A DNA stretch of 64,000 nucleotides from Gracilinanus agilis. Taxonomy: Eukaryota. The stretch covers positions 223,827,583 to 223,891,582 of the forward strand of contig NC_058134.1 in NCBI RefSeq assembly GCF_016433145.1. The letters run 5' to 3'. Of the stretch, positions 50,766 to 62,560 are shown in pieces. The notes beneath the pieces were generated by a model that was not told where the DNA came from, searched no databases, and saw only the letters and a list, made by a program, of their open reading frames with translations. The stretch's first letter is position 1. The number at the start of each line of letters is the position of its first letter. The translations under genes were made by a program, and so were the position numbers.

Positions 50766-51859
50766 AAAGAAGTCATAGGTCACATATGATCTTCCAGTTC
50801 TGGAGGTAGAAAGGCCCTCGGAAGTCATCTGGTCCACAGGAATCGAGGGTGTGCCCAGAAAGATCAAGATGTAATATTTAACAAAATAAAAATAGATGTA
50901 GTTTTCTAAGTCAGTACACTGCACGAGGGATACTTCCAGACTGATCAGAGGCTTGTTTCTGAGTTTGGCATCCCTGGTCTAGTCCAACCTCCTGGTTTAG
51001 TCTTAGTTGAAGTCCTACCTTGGGCAAAAAGCCTTTCCCTGTCCTCCTAATCTTGAGGCTCCCCACCCCCGGGGTTACTTCCAATTGATCCCATCTCTGT
51101 AGCCTGTTGGTATGGGTTTGTGCTTGCTTCCCTGCTGTCTTGACTTGCTCATGAACTGGGTTGAAGTGAGGCAGAGTTGCACAAGATCGTCGGCTTCACT
51201 GTCTCTTCTAGTCACTCAAGTCCAGCGGCAGGACAAAAGTCAGGATGCTTGGCGATGGCCTGGGGTGCAGGCGATGACCTCGGCTTCTTCAGTGTCTGAC
51301 CAAACCCTGTGCACTCCACAGAGCTTGTTTCAGCTGCCTTCGTGGATGGTGGAACAAACTGTTCTCAGGCCCTGTGCCGCTGGGACAGTCCTGGGGTCGA
51401 CACGTCCCCTATGGCTTGCTGATTACTTCTCCCTGGTTTAGCCTCGATGTCAAGATAGTTTTACTGGGGTGTAGCCTTTGCTTCTTGGAGCTGCAGGTGA
51501 ACATCAAAGGGGGCTGAGCAGCCCTGAAAAGGGCTCAGCAAACCCTCACCACAGAGGTGCTAATCCTCCTTGAACACCCCTAGAAGGACATGAGCAACAA
51601 TCACAAGAATCGAATAAGGGGAAACTCCTTGAAGACAAACTATTTCTCTATTAGATGGTGAGTTCATGGGGATTATGGTCTGCTTTCTACCTTTCAGGCA
51701 GGCTGAAAGGGGGTGTTGGATTTCCTCCAGAAGGGGGTCTTTGCTCCTCTGGGTCAAATATCCCCAGGCCCTCGTGCCTGTCTTCATGCCACATGATTCT
51801 CTGCTTAAGTTCACTCCCCTGGCCACTGGGCTATGCTCCAGTTTCTTCTTTCTTTCCTT

Positions 51860-52050
51860 TATTTTTTTTTAAAACTCTTACCTTCCTTCTGAGAATCAAC
51901 ACTGTGCATTAGTTCCAAGGCAGAAGAGTAGTAAGGGCTGGGCAACAGGAGTTCGGTGACTTGCCCAGGATCATACAGCTGAGGTCAGATTTGACCTCAG
52001 AACCTCCCATCTGCAAGCCTGGCTCTCTATCCACTGAGTCACCCAGCTGT
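51860..52050 (-). mobile_element. CORE-SINE
   Basis: Reverse-complement SINE with a T tail. Confidence 0.8.
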
Positions 52051-53089
52051 CCTCTTGTCCATTTCTTTCATAAGAGGTAATCAAAAGAACTGAACCAAAT
52101 ATTCCAGACAAGGCCTGACGGGGATTTTTGGGATTTTTTCATTCTGGATCCTAAGATGATTTGAGCCTCTCTGTGGACTTGTGGTCTCTTCACAGTCCAG
52201 TGGCACCCTTCATCTGTTTTCACTTGAATGGCTATTCAGCTTCCTGAGCCCTGGCTCTCTTCCAGTGAATTGTTGAACCTTAGTCTATAGTATCTCCTTA
52301 CTATTGCATCACCTTTGTTTTAGTCCGTCGACAATTTTTTCAAGGCTGATTATGGTGAATGACATAGTGTGTCATCCCCAATTCAATATGGACACATGTT
52401 CAAAATGGATGGAACGGGGCCCTAGAACTAGAGCTGGGAGAGACTAAGGCCCCATTAGGATCATTCCTTCATTTCCAAGGTGAGGAAACTGGAGTCAAGA
52501 AAGCTTTAGTGACTGTCAATGTCACCCAAGTGATAAGTGACAGAGGTACAATTTGAAACCAGGTCTTCTTCAGCTATCTCTTCCTTTTACTGGAAAAGTC
52601 ACTAAACATTATAATCACTTCTCCAGTAAAAATAGTGCCAGACAAGAGAAGCTAAGACAGAAGGAAAGGCCCTCTACATACAAAAATATTCCTGGTAGAA
52701 CTTTTCTAGTGGTAGGAAAGATTTGAAAAGAACATGAGGGCCCATTAATTGGGAAACAGCTGAGTAAACTGGGATACACAAATATAATGCAGTGATAAAG
52801 TGCCTTAAGAAAAGGTGAATGAATAGCTGAACAGTGAATGAACACTTGTGGCTTCACAGAGATGACAATGAGGCTACCAACTCCACCCCAGAAAGGTGGT
52901 GGGATCATGGTAGGGAGTGAGGGAAATGCTCTGAGCCACAGTCAGTCTGCTGATTTGTTCTACTTAACTTTGTTTTCATTATTATAAGGGAAAGGGACAA
53001 TGGGTAGAGAGTCAATGTCAAATGACAATGGGGTTAAAGAGCATTATTGATAAATGATATTTTAATAAAATGTAATAAAAGACACATCC

Positions 53090-53500
53090 AGAGGCAGAGA
53101 CACTCGGAAACAGAAAGCCACAGAAACAGAGATAAAAAGGCCGAGACAAAGTGAAACAGAAAGATTCAAAGAGGCAGACACAAAGAGACACACATGAGGG
53201 ATAGAGAGATACAAAGAGACAAATAAAGAGTGCCATGGAAACAGAGGGGCATCCAGTAAAAAAGAGACACAGAAACATACAGAGAGAGAGAATAGAAAGA
53301 ACGAGGCCGACACATGTACACAGAAATAGAAAGCCTAAGAGATACACACAGAGAGAGCCACAATGAGGCAGAGAGAAAAGGAGATACACAGAGACAAGTA
53401 GAGACAGAGAGCCACAGAGACAGATAGGAAGAGAGATGCAGAGACATGGTCAGAGGCTAAGACACAGACATGAAGACAGAGACAGAAAGGCAGAGAGAGA
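53090..53500. repeat. (GA/CA)-rich low-complexity tract
   Basis: agagacacag-type repeats. Confidence 0.85.
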
Positions 53501-53600
53501 GCAAGCAAAATCCTTCAGGAGCCAGCATTGATCCTGAGGCCACAAAATGAAGACAGCCAATTCCTCTGATTTACAAGGAAATGCCCAGTACTGTACTTAC

Positions 53601-53737
53601 TGGGGGTTTCTTCTAAGATTTCCTGGAATTTTGTCCTTTCATAGTCCACCAACTGGCGCTGAAGATGGGGTCGAAGGCTCTTGATGGTGAAATTGACCAT
53701 GTCAATCTTCATGAGGTCCAGCACATGGAATATTTGT
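53601..53737 (-). CDS. TCP11L2: TCP11L2 coding exon (137 nt; [47 protein letters not shown])
   Basis: ORF track 53515..53724; AG and GTAAGT boundaries. Confidence 0.97.
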
Positions 53738-54399
53738 CTTTAAAAATCAGAGTGAGAATGAGTCAGAGAGGGAGGAATAGCAATGAGCCAAAACCTCACG
53801 TCAAGAAATTCGGTTTTGAAATTCCGGGGGCTCATGGAGATGTAGTGGGACTTAGATAAAAGGGCAGAGAGAAGGAAGGAGAGCCAAGGAAACAAGAGAT
53901 GCGACAATGACTACAAAAATGGAAACGGGGGAAAAACAGCAGCAAAATAAGCAAAACTGGGTGCTGGGTAATTACAATGATCAAACTTGGCCTTGACAAA
54001 GAGAGAGGGAAATGTTCTCCTTCCCTTCTTTGCCAAAGAGAGCTATGGATGTGGAATACTGACTATGCTGACAGACATAGCAGTTGTTTTGCCAAGCACT
54101 GGTTTCCAAAACTACCAGGTTTTTTTCCCCCCCCCTTCCTTTTTTTACTTTCTCTATATGGATGGTTTCCTAGGTTGGAAAGAAGGGATACATTCAAAAT
54201 TGAAACTGACATAAAGACAGATGACATCAATAAACTTTTTCTAAAAAAAGAAAAAGAAAACAACGTTTAAAATGTCTATCTGATATCCCTCCCCTACCAA
54301 AAAACCACAAAATTGCATGGCCCAGGAAAATGAGGTCATTCTTCAAAGAATTCTATGGCAATATATTACAACAAGCTAAGTAGTGTTTATTTTAAAGTG

Positions 54400-54870
54400 T
54401 TATTAAATACTTTAACTTATTTTAAATTATTTTTTATTCCCAATTAATGCTTTTATTAAACTGCATTTTAAGGAGTTCAGACTTAAGTATAAAGTATTTT
54501 ATATTATAAATTATATACTATATATGCTTAAGTATTTTATACTTAAAATATATAAGTATTGAGTAAATATATTAACTATAAAATATGAGTATTTTATACT
54601 ATAAAACTATAAAATATAAAGTAAGCATATTAACTATATTTTATATTTAAGGTGCTACATAAATGTATGTATATTTAAATATATGTACATATATTTTAGT
54701 ATAAAATACTTATGTTTTATATTCAATTACATAAACTATAAAGTATTTTTATTTAAATACACATATATTTATATAGTACCTTAAGTATAAAATACTTTTA
54801 AAATACCTTAAAGTATCTTAAGAAATAAAATATCTTAAATATAATATCTATTTGGACATAGATGGCTAGA
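54400..54870. repeat. Extremely AT-rich low-complexity region with inverted repeats
   Basis: Almost no G/C; 17-bp perfect inverted repeat at 54530-54546 and 54781-54797. Confidence 0.85.
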
Positions 54871-54939
54871 AAGATGAATAGGAATTATGAGGAAATGATA
54901 AGAAAATTGAGGGGTAAATTAGGACAGCAAATAGTTAAT

Positions 54940-55638
54940 TGTGGGATCTGAATGAACCACATGGACTCCATCTTGTGACTCAATTCTGGAGCCAGCTTAG
55001 TTCCCTTCCTAGGCAATTATAGACCCAGTCCAAATTCTGTCTTGTGAGAAAAATGTATTCAATGATGGGAATCTGGAGCAAACCTTCTTGCCCCATTTGA
55101 ACGTAGCCTTGTGTGGCTGTGAATGTGGACCTGTACCTGCTCTTCAGAGATCCTTTAGTCAAGGATCTACAAGATTCTGATGAGAAACGCAGTCAGATCC
55201 TAAAACTGATGACAAGAGTTTTCTCATGATCACCTATCTCAAACGACCCATATGTCCTATCTGAAAACTGGCCCCTCATTGTTTCATTGTTCTTTTGACT
55301 GTTTATAGACACTTGGGGGGGGGGGGGGAAGGGACACCTCCTTCCCTGAACTCAAGGAATGATACCCTTTTACTCTCCTGTTTTGTCCACTTAGACATCA
55401 AATTACCTAACGTTGCACTGTCTCCTTTTAATGAATTGGTCTTATTTGACTAATTGTTTTTACTGAGCAAAAGTCTGCCTCTCCCTGTATTTAGGGTCCA
55501 GCCTTAAACTGAGAAAGGGGCTTGGTCCCGATTTGTTGAGCACTTGGTATGCACTGCTTAATAAATCGATCTGCTCAGGAGATCAAGCCTTTGTCCTCAG
55601 TCATTTCGTCTTTTGCTGGTTATGACCCAAATTGAACA
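54940..55638 (+). mobile_element. Probable solo LTR (about 700 bp)
   Basis: TG...CA ends, TATA-like tgtatttagg near 55485, AATAAA near 55560, internal G run. I could not identify a TSD. Confidence 0.55.
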
Positions 55639-55779
55639 GAAGAATGTCGGTCCCTGGAGTACGGGGACAATTCCCTTATCCTCCATAGCTGGATGGGCCA
55701 CTTTAAAGGGAACCTGGCACAAAGTAAGCACTCAGTACATTCTCACTAGACTGTAGCCTGGAAGGCGGCCAGCACTCAC

Positions 55780-56000
55780 CTCAACAGCTCCACGATATTG
55801 CCAGTGGCCTTGAGCTCCTTGATGTCATCATCCCGCACCGGAGCGCACAGCTTGCCCATGGTACTGATGACGTAGCTGGCCAGGCCCTGAATGTCCACAG
55901 CGTTGTGCTCAGCCTGCTGCCTAATGAGGTCGGTATCCAGAACTTCACTGATCTGGGTTCGGAGTCGGTTTCCACCAGGAGTTAGGAAAGAGAGGAGAGT
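55780..56000 (-). CDS. TCP11L2: TCP11L2 coding exon (221 nt; TLLSFLTPGGNRLRTQISEVLDTDLIRQQAEHNAVDIQGLASYVISTMGKLCAPVRDDDIKELKATGNIVELL-R)
   Basis: Contains the TCP11-domain motif MGKLCAPVRD; AG and GTGAGT boundaries. Confidence 0.97.
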
Positions 56001-56342
56001 CTGTGGGGCAGGGAGAAGAAAGGCAAGAAAAAGACTCAGGGCAAGAGGGGCTGCTAGAGGTTCCTCCCTTAAACCAAAGGCAAATGATGCATCAGAAAGA
56101 AAAGTCCACAGAAGAGAGGGGAGTTCAGAGAGAGACAAATGGGGCAGGCGGCCTTGGAACTAATGCACAGAGTATACTACATCCTTTTTTAAAAAGCAGT
56201 ATGGAATGGGAATTTGGGATTTCATGTACACGTCTCTTTTGGGTTCTTTGCATAACGACAACAGTAATTCTTTACACATAGAAACGTTCAAGTTGCTATT
56301 ATTTGTTAAGCTCAGAATAACAACAACAAAAAAAAAATAATC

Positions 56343-56540
56343 GGGGCAGCTGGGTAGCTCAGTGGAGTGAGAGTCAGACCTAGAGACAGGAGGTCCTGGG
56401 TTCAAACCCGGCCTCAGCCACTTCCCAGCTGTGTGACCCTGGGCAAGTCACTTGACCCCCATTGCCCACCCTTGCCAATCTTCCACCTATGAGACAATAC
56501 ACCGAAGTACAAGGGTTTAAAAAAAATAATAAAAAAAAAA
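56343..56540 (+). mobile_element. Young SINE1_Mdo-type element with TSD aaaaaaaataatc
   Basis: Nearly identical to 16532-16716. Confidence 0.92.
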
Positions 56541-57539
56541 TAATCTAACAATGTAATGATACTAGAGACAGTGTGGTGGGATGGTAGAGGGCCCTGCATG
56601 AATGTATGCATGCTCCTTGACAGGAGAGACTGTCTCACTGTTCCACCACCTAGCACAGTGCCTTGCACATAGTGGGCACTTAATAAATGTTTGTTAACTG
56701 GTAGACATCTGGATGCTAGCTACATGAGCTAGAGAGGTGGAGAGAATGACGGATCTGGCACCTGAAAACAAAGGTTCTTATCCCTGTTCTAGTGTGACCT
56801 AGGGAAAGTGACTCAACTTCTCTGGGCCTCAGTTTCCCCATTTTGTGAAGTGAGATGGTTGGTCCAGTTGGCCTCAGAGGCCTTCTAGCTCTGGACAGAG
56901 GATCATGTCAGTTCTGTGGTCACTCAGCCTCTCTGGCACTCATGGGCTTCCCTGGGAACAGGAGGGTTGGACAAGCTGGCCGCTGGGGTCCCCTCCAGTT
57001 GGAGAGCCAGGGACAAGTCCCCACAACCTCAGTGTCCATGTGCAACTCCTTAGTGCACACCAATGTGTAAAGATGGTTTGCACTGGATGAGGGGTTTCTT
57101 TACTGGGAATCCCTAAGCCAAGGAAATCAAAAGTTCATGCCAAGAAAAAGAGGAAATGCTAAGGCCCGGACCCATGGGAGCTAGCTCACTCACTGCGGGT
57201 GTAAGCAATACCAATGAGGCGGTTCTAGAGCAGGCGAGGACTTGGCATCAAAGCTTCCAAAAGAAGGCCTTCTCGCTTTCCCTCTTGCCTCTCTCTCTTC
57301 CCTCTTCTTCCTGTTCCTCTCCCTCTTCCCCTTTTTCTCCCCATCCTTCTTCCCTTCCCCCTCTCCTTCCTGCACTAAATCACTTTCCCTGCAGCATATG
57401 CCCAATATAGAAGCTAAAAGCAGCTGGGCTGAGATCACTCAGCACTATTGGCATCATTTCAAAAACTCTGCAGAGAAGCGAGCAGAGGCAAAAGGGCAGG
57501 TTGTAGGACACCCTGGTTGGGCCAGGCCTGTGTTTTCCT

Positions 57540-58220
57540 CCTGAGGTATTTTTCTAAGGCAGTTTGGTTCAGTGGTTAAGGCACAGACCCTGGGTCACAA
57601 GACACTGGCCAAAGCCTTGGCGCTGGCATTTACTAGCTGTGTGTCCCTGGGCAAGTCACCTCACCAGAAAAATAGGCCATGATAACTGACATTTCTAAAG
57701 AACTTTACTGCCTGAAAAGTGCTTTATTTCTGTCATCTCTTTGGAGCTTGACTAAAACTCTGGCAGGTAAGTGCAATGATCACCTCCATTCTACAGAGGA
57801 AGAAACTGAGAGAAAATGGTAAGTGTCTGAGATAGGACTACCAAGGCTGGCTCTCTACCCATTATCATACCATACTGTCTCACAGACAGTCCAGCTTTGA
57901 GTTTGCCATCACCTTCCTGAGTTCAAATTTGGCCTCAGAGAGTAGCTGAGTGACCCTGGATGAGTCACTTCACCGTTTCTGCCTCCATTTCCCCATCTAT
58001 ACAATAAGCTGGAGAAGGAAAAAGACAAACCACTCCAGGATCTCTGCCAAGAAAACCCCAAATGGGGTCATGAAAAGTTGGACTTGACTGAAAATGATTA
58101 AACAATATCCATTTTCCAGGTGTGTTATCATGGGCAAGTCAACAATACTACCCTGGGCCTCAGTTTCCTCATCTGTAAAATGAGGGAGCTAGAGGAGATA
58201 GCTCCTTTTAGCTCTAAGCT
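57540..58220 (+). mobile_element. Cluster of MIR/MAR1 fragments
   Basis: Several MIR cores (ggcctcagtttcctcatctgtaaaatgagg) and a MAR1 tail (aagaaaaccccaaatggggtcatgaa). Confidence 0.65.
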
Positions 58221-58317
58221 GTGATGGAAGAACGGGATAATTCCTGCAGTGAGATGGAAAAGTGGGAAGACAACAGCGTAGCCCTTGACCCAAGTGTTCA
58301 TCCTGATCTATGCTGGC

Positions 58318-58632
58318 TGGAGAGGAAGGAAGGGGAAGGAGGGATAGGGAAGGGGAAGGGAGAAAGGAAAAAAGAGAGAGGAGGAGGAAAGGGAGAGGAG
58401 GGGAGGGAGAGAGGAGGAGGGGAGAAGGTAGGAAGGAGAGGATAAGAAAGGAGAGAGGAGGAAGGGAGAGAAGAGGAAGGGAGAGGGGAGGGCAGGGGGG
58501 TAGAAGAAGGAAGGAAGGGAAGGAGAGGAAAGAGGAAGGGAGAGAGAAGAAAAAAGAGGAGGAGGGGAGAGGGGAGAAAAGGGAGAGGAAGGGAGGAAAG
58601 GAAAGGAAGGGGAAGGGAGGAGAGAGGAGGGG
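58318..58632. repeat. Pure G/A tract (about 310 nt); C/U-rich on the transcribed strand
   Basis: Read directly; essentially no pyrimidines on the + strand. Confidence 0.95.
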
Positions 58633-58644
58633 CTATCAACTTGC

Positions 58645-58765
58645 CTCTCTTATTTCTTCAAAAAGTTTGATGGCATGTCCATACTCAGGAGGATCCTCAC
58701 TGAGCTCTGCCTCCAAGTGGTCCCAGAAGGCCTGGTGAACGATATGCTTCACTCGACCTGCCAGG
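58645..58765 (-). CDS. TCP11L2: TCP11L2 coding exon (121 nt; [41 protein letters not shown]) with a GC donor
   Basis: Contains the HQAFWD motif; the frame requires the GAG|GCAAGT donor; ctccag acceptor. Confidence 0.95.
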
Positions 58766-59986
58766 CTGGAGGGAGAAGTGATGATCGAGTGAGAAGTGGC
58801 TCAACTGGCCTTTCCCAGAGTCCAGCATTCTAAACCTGAGGCAAGGAGACTGTGGCTCCTGAGGACACCCACCCCTCCACTGACCAAGCTCAGCTCAGAG
58901 GTTGAGTCAGCTTGGCCCCAAATCAGAGCCTTCCAGTGGGAAGGCAGCAGCTGCCAGAGGTGGGTGGCCTCAGCCCTGCCCTGGAAGTTGGGGGGCAGCC
59001 TAGAATCAACAGGCCATCAAATAGAACACCCTTCAGGTTCTGACACCCTTAACACGTCTCAGAATCTTAATAGGGGAAAGGAAAAATAATAAAAGAATCA
59101 TCAGTGCCACAAGAGATGACAAGGAATCTCCCCAAACCATTTTCCTTGTAATTAGCACTATGTCTGGAAATGACATCTCTCATTCAGAGACTTTAAGTGA
59201 CTGTTCCTTATTATGGAGGCAGCGTGTTGTTGTGGGACTTTGGAGAGTCACAAAGGTCCGGGTTCCAATCCCAACTGACACGTGCACTCCTTGTATAGCG
59301 TTGGGAAGTCACTTAACCTTCTTTGGTCCTCAGTCTCCTTATGTGTTCCATGTTGGGACTGGACTAAATGGTTTCTGAGGCCCTTCCTGCTCTGGAGCTA
59401 GGATCCTCTTTGAGCTGGTTTTCTCATTTATAAAATGGGGATCACAGTACTAATAGAGGTACCCTCATTAGGTTGTTGAGGGTTCAAAGGAGACAATATG
59501 TGCACGACACTTTGTAAATATCAAAGCAATAAAAAAAAAATGACTGTCATGGGTATTTTTCTTGAAGCTGGAAAGGAACTTGGAAGCCACAGAGACCAAC
59601 CCTCTCATTTCACAGAAGAGCAAATTTTAGCAAACAAAGGATTTCCCTGGAGTCATACACCTATTAAGTATCTATGGCAGGATTTGTCCCCAGGTCTTCC
59701 TGACTCCTGGTCCAGTATATCCTATCTATCAGACCCTACTGCCTCTCACTATTTCTAAACTCCAGCCCCCAGAACTGAACCTGGTACCCAATGTCTGGGG
59801 CCCCATCTTGTTCAGACCAGAATGTCTGGCTGTGGTCCTAAGCAAGCAGCTCATGCTTCCATGGGATCAAATTGAGCGGGGGAAACTTCATTTTTCCAGG
59901 ATCCCAATTCTCTGACTCAAAGGCTTCTGGGGTGACTTGCTTCTTCCTCCCGCCCCCAATTCAGACATAGACATGCGTCCACTCAC

Positions 59987-60122
59987 CTGTTCTCAGGCAG
60001 GGCTCCCTGTTTGACGTGAAAGTTCTCATTTATGGCGATCTCGTGGGCAAGAGTCATGTTAGAGATATTCCTTGCAGCCGCCATCACTTCATCAAATGTC
60101 ACCACTCGGGGCGGGCTTGTTG
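59987..60122 (-). CDS. TCP11L2: TCP11L2 coding exon (136 nt; A-TSPPRVVTFDEVMAAARNISNMTLAHEIAINENFHVKQGALPEN-S); first exon visible in the window
   Basis: SPPRVVTFDEVM...LAHEIA.NENF matches TCP11L2; AG and GTGAGT boundaries; starts in phase 1, so an upstream coding exon lies elsewhere. Confidence 0.95.
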
Positions 60123-60753
60123 CTAAAGAGAGGAAAAAACCAGAAAGACTCAGTCTCACTTTGGGAGAAAAGGGGTCTCACATGTGAACCTCCTACATCC
60201 ACATACAAATTTTTATATTCTAATGAAATTCTTTCTTCTTAAGGGGAAAAAATTTATTTTTTATTTAGATTTGTATCTTTAGGGCTTAGTACAGTGTTTG
60301 ACACATAGTAGGTATTTAATAAATGTTTACTGATAGTCAGCACTCTAATTAAACATAATGATGAACTGGGGTCTGAGAGATAATGAAATCTCTTTCCCAT
60401 CCATCTCTCTCTAAAACAAGGTAGTGAGGGATAGTGAACATAGCATATGCTTTAAGAGGCAATTGCTTTGTTGTTCCATTCTAAAGGATGGCTCTTTGCA
60501 AGAAGGTATGCTGGAATATTACACTGCCATAAAGACAAAAGGCTAATATTAATAATGCTATAAAAAGTTCAAATTTTAAAAATCACAAACTATAGAATAA
60601 TTCCATGTTGGTGGGACTGCAGGGAAATCAGGCACTTAAGGACACTGGTGGGGAGAATGGAGAGTGGCATAAATATTTTGGAATGTAATCAGTCACAGAA
60701 CTGGCTTTGTTCCTAGCATTTTACTCTAAATATATAATTTTAGAAAAAATATG

Positions 60754-61053
60754 GCCAGGTGTGGTGGCACAGGTCTCTGATGCCTGTTACTGGGGAGTCT
60801 GCCCCAAATGGATCTCTTGAGCTTGGGAATTTCAAGCCACAGTGGGTTAAGCTCATTGCAATTTAATTTAGCATCAATATGATGAGCCCCTAAGGTCAAG
60901 GGGGTGCCACTATACTGCCTAAGGAGGGGCAATTAGAATTGACAACAGAACAGGCCAAAACTCCCATGCCAATCAATAATTTAATCAAGTATGTTAGTGG
61001 CCAGCGCACTTCCAGTGTGGGAAAGATAGGGAAACACAGTTGGGAAAAAAAAA
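60754..61053 (+). pseudogene. Full-length degenerate 7SL (SRP RNA) retrocopy with an A tail
   Basis: Colinear matches to 7SL: gccaggtgtggtggc, gcatcaatatgatga, tgcctaaggagggg, acagaacaggccaaaactcccatg. Confidence 0.85.
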
Positions 61054-61399
61054 TTTTTTTTTAAGTATCAATATCTTTTATTTCTACATCTCTTTCATTT
61101 CCAAATGTATCTTTCATCCCTTACCAAAAGTGCTGGCCCTTACAACAAATAAAAATGAGAGGTAAAACAGTAATTCAGTAAAATCAACCAGTACCTTGCC
61201 TGACAGTATATGCTTCATACCCAGAGTCCCTTACTTCTACAAAAAAGGAAGGTGCAAAATATATAATTTTATTTCTTTTTTCTTTTCCATTTTTAATTTT
61301 TTTTTCAGTTACATGAAGAAACTATTTTTGACATTTTAGAATTCAGCTTTTCTCCCTCTTACCCTGTCCCACTCCCTGAGGCAGCAAATGAAATCTATA

Positions 61400-61920
61400 G
61401 GGTTTTTTTTTTAAAGGCAGATCTGAATGAAAATATTCATAACAACTTTATTTGTGAAAGCAAACACTAAACAGAATTGACCTGTCTGTCCAAGAATTGG
61501 AAAATGGTGGAATAAACAAGTGGTTTATTAATAGACAGTATCATAAAAATAACAAAGAACACAAGGAAATAAAGGAAAGTCTAAATGAAGCCATGCCAAC
61601 TGAGAAGAGCAGCAAGACCATGCTGACCACTACACTAAAAAAGCAACGGATGGAGAATGGTAGACACACACTCATTTTTGCTTGAAGCCTGCTCATTCCA
61701 CAAATTGAGATGAACATGCATGGTTGAGGCCATTGACACCCATAGAGAGAATGACCATGTTAATGAGCACACGGTGCCAGGGATGAAGTACTGACTTGTT
61801 TGGTGGTAAAACTGCCACACTGGGCATACCCTTTGACCCAGACATAGTAACAATACTAGGCATAGTAGGCAGAGGATCAAAGGAAGAAGAAAAGAGACCA
61901 TATATAGAAAAATATTTGGT
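61400..61920 (+). mobile_element. Old L1 3' fragments
   Basis: gaaaatattcataacaactttatttgtgaaagcaaac...ggaaaatggtggaataaacaagtgg. Confidence 0.5.
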
Positions 61921-62139
61921 GCAGCCCTTTGTAGAGTGGCCAAAAAAAAAAAAAAAAAAAAGGAACAGGGCAGGGAGAGCCCCCCCCCCACCCCAATATC
62001 CTATCAGGGCATACCCATGTTCTCTTCCTCCCTCCTTCTCTCTCTTTTGCTCTCTCTCTCTGCATACACATATATTATACACACAAACTAAAATATATTA
62101 ATATCTATAAGACATTATGTATATATCCGTCTAAAAGCA

Positions 62140-62560
62140 CATGAATATCACATGTGATATAATAGATGCATATATAAATTATGGTATATAAATATAATAT
62201 GCCATGTGTGGTATAATATACCACATTCTATTTATATATCAGTTATGTATGCATATGTACAAATTATGGTATATGAATATATCACATGTGGTAGGTATAA
62301 TATACCAAATTCTATTTCTATATATATCAAATTACATGTGTACATATAAATTACGTAATATAATATGCCATATATGGCATAATAAACTAAACTTTATTTT
62401 GATATATCAAATTATAGATTTAAATATACTAATTATGGTACATGAATATAATATACCATGTGTGGTACAATATACCAAATTTTATCTCTCTATATGGCAA
62501 TTTATCTTCATATATCACATGTGGTATATGAATTTTGGAATATGGAATATGAATTTTCCA
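62140..62560. repeat. Degenerate AT-rich minisatellite, period about 84 bp, at least 4 units
   Basis: Units begin aaattatggtat at about 62177, 62260, 62348 and 62431. Confidence 0.75.

Noticed and set aside
53018-53447. Cys/Leu/Ser-rich minus-strand ORFs
   Set aside because: Translations of a low-complexity (GA/CA) tract.
58298-58738. R/G/E-rich and P/S/L-rich ORFs
   Set aside because: Products of the pure purine tract.
36861-60122. Alternative naming as TCP11 or TCP11L1
   Set aside because: Exon peptides and the C-terminus match TCP11L2 as I recall it, and adjacency to POLR3B fits the TCP11L2 locus.
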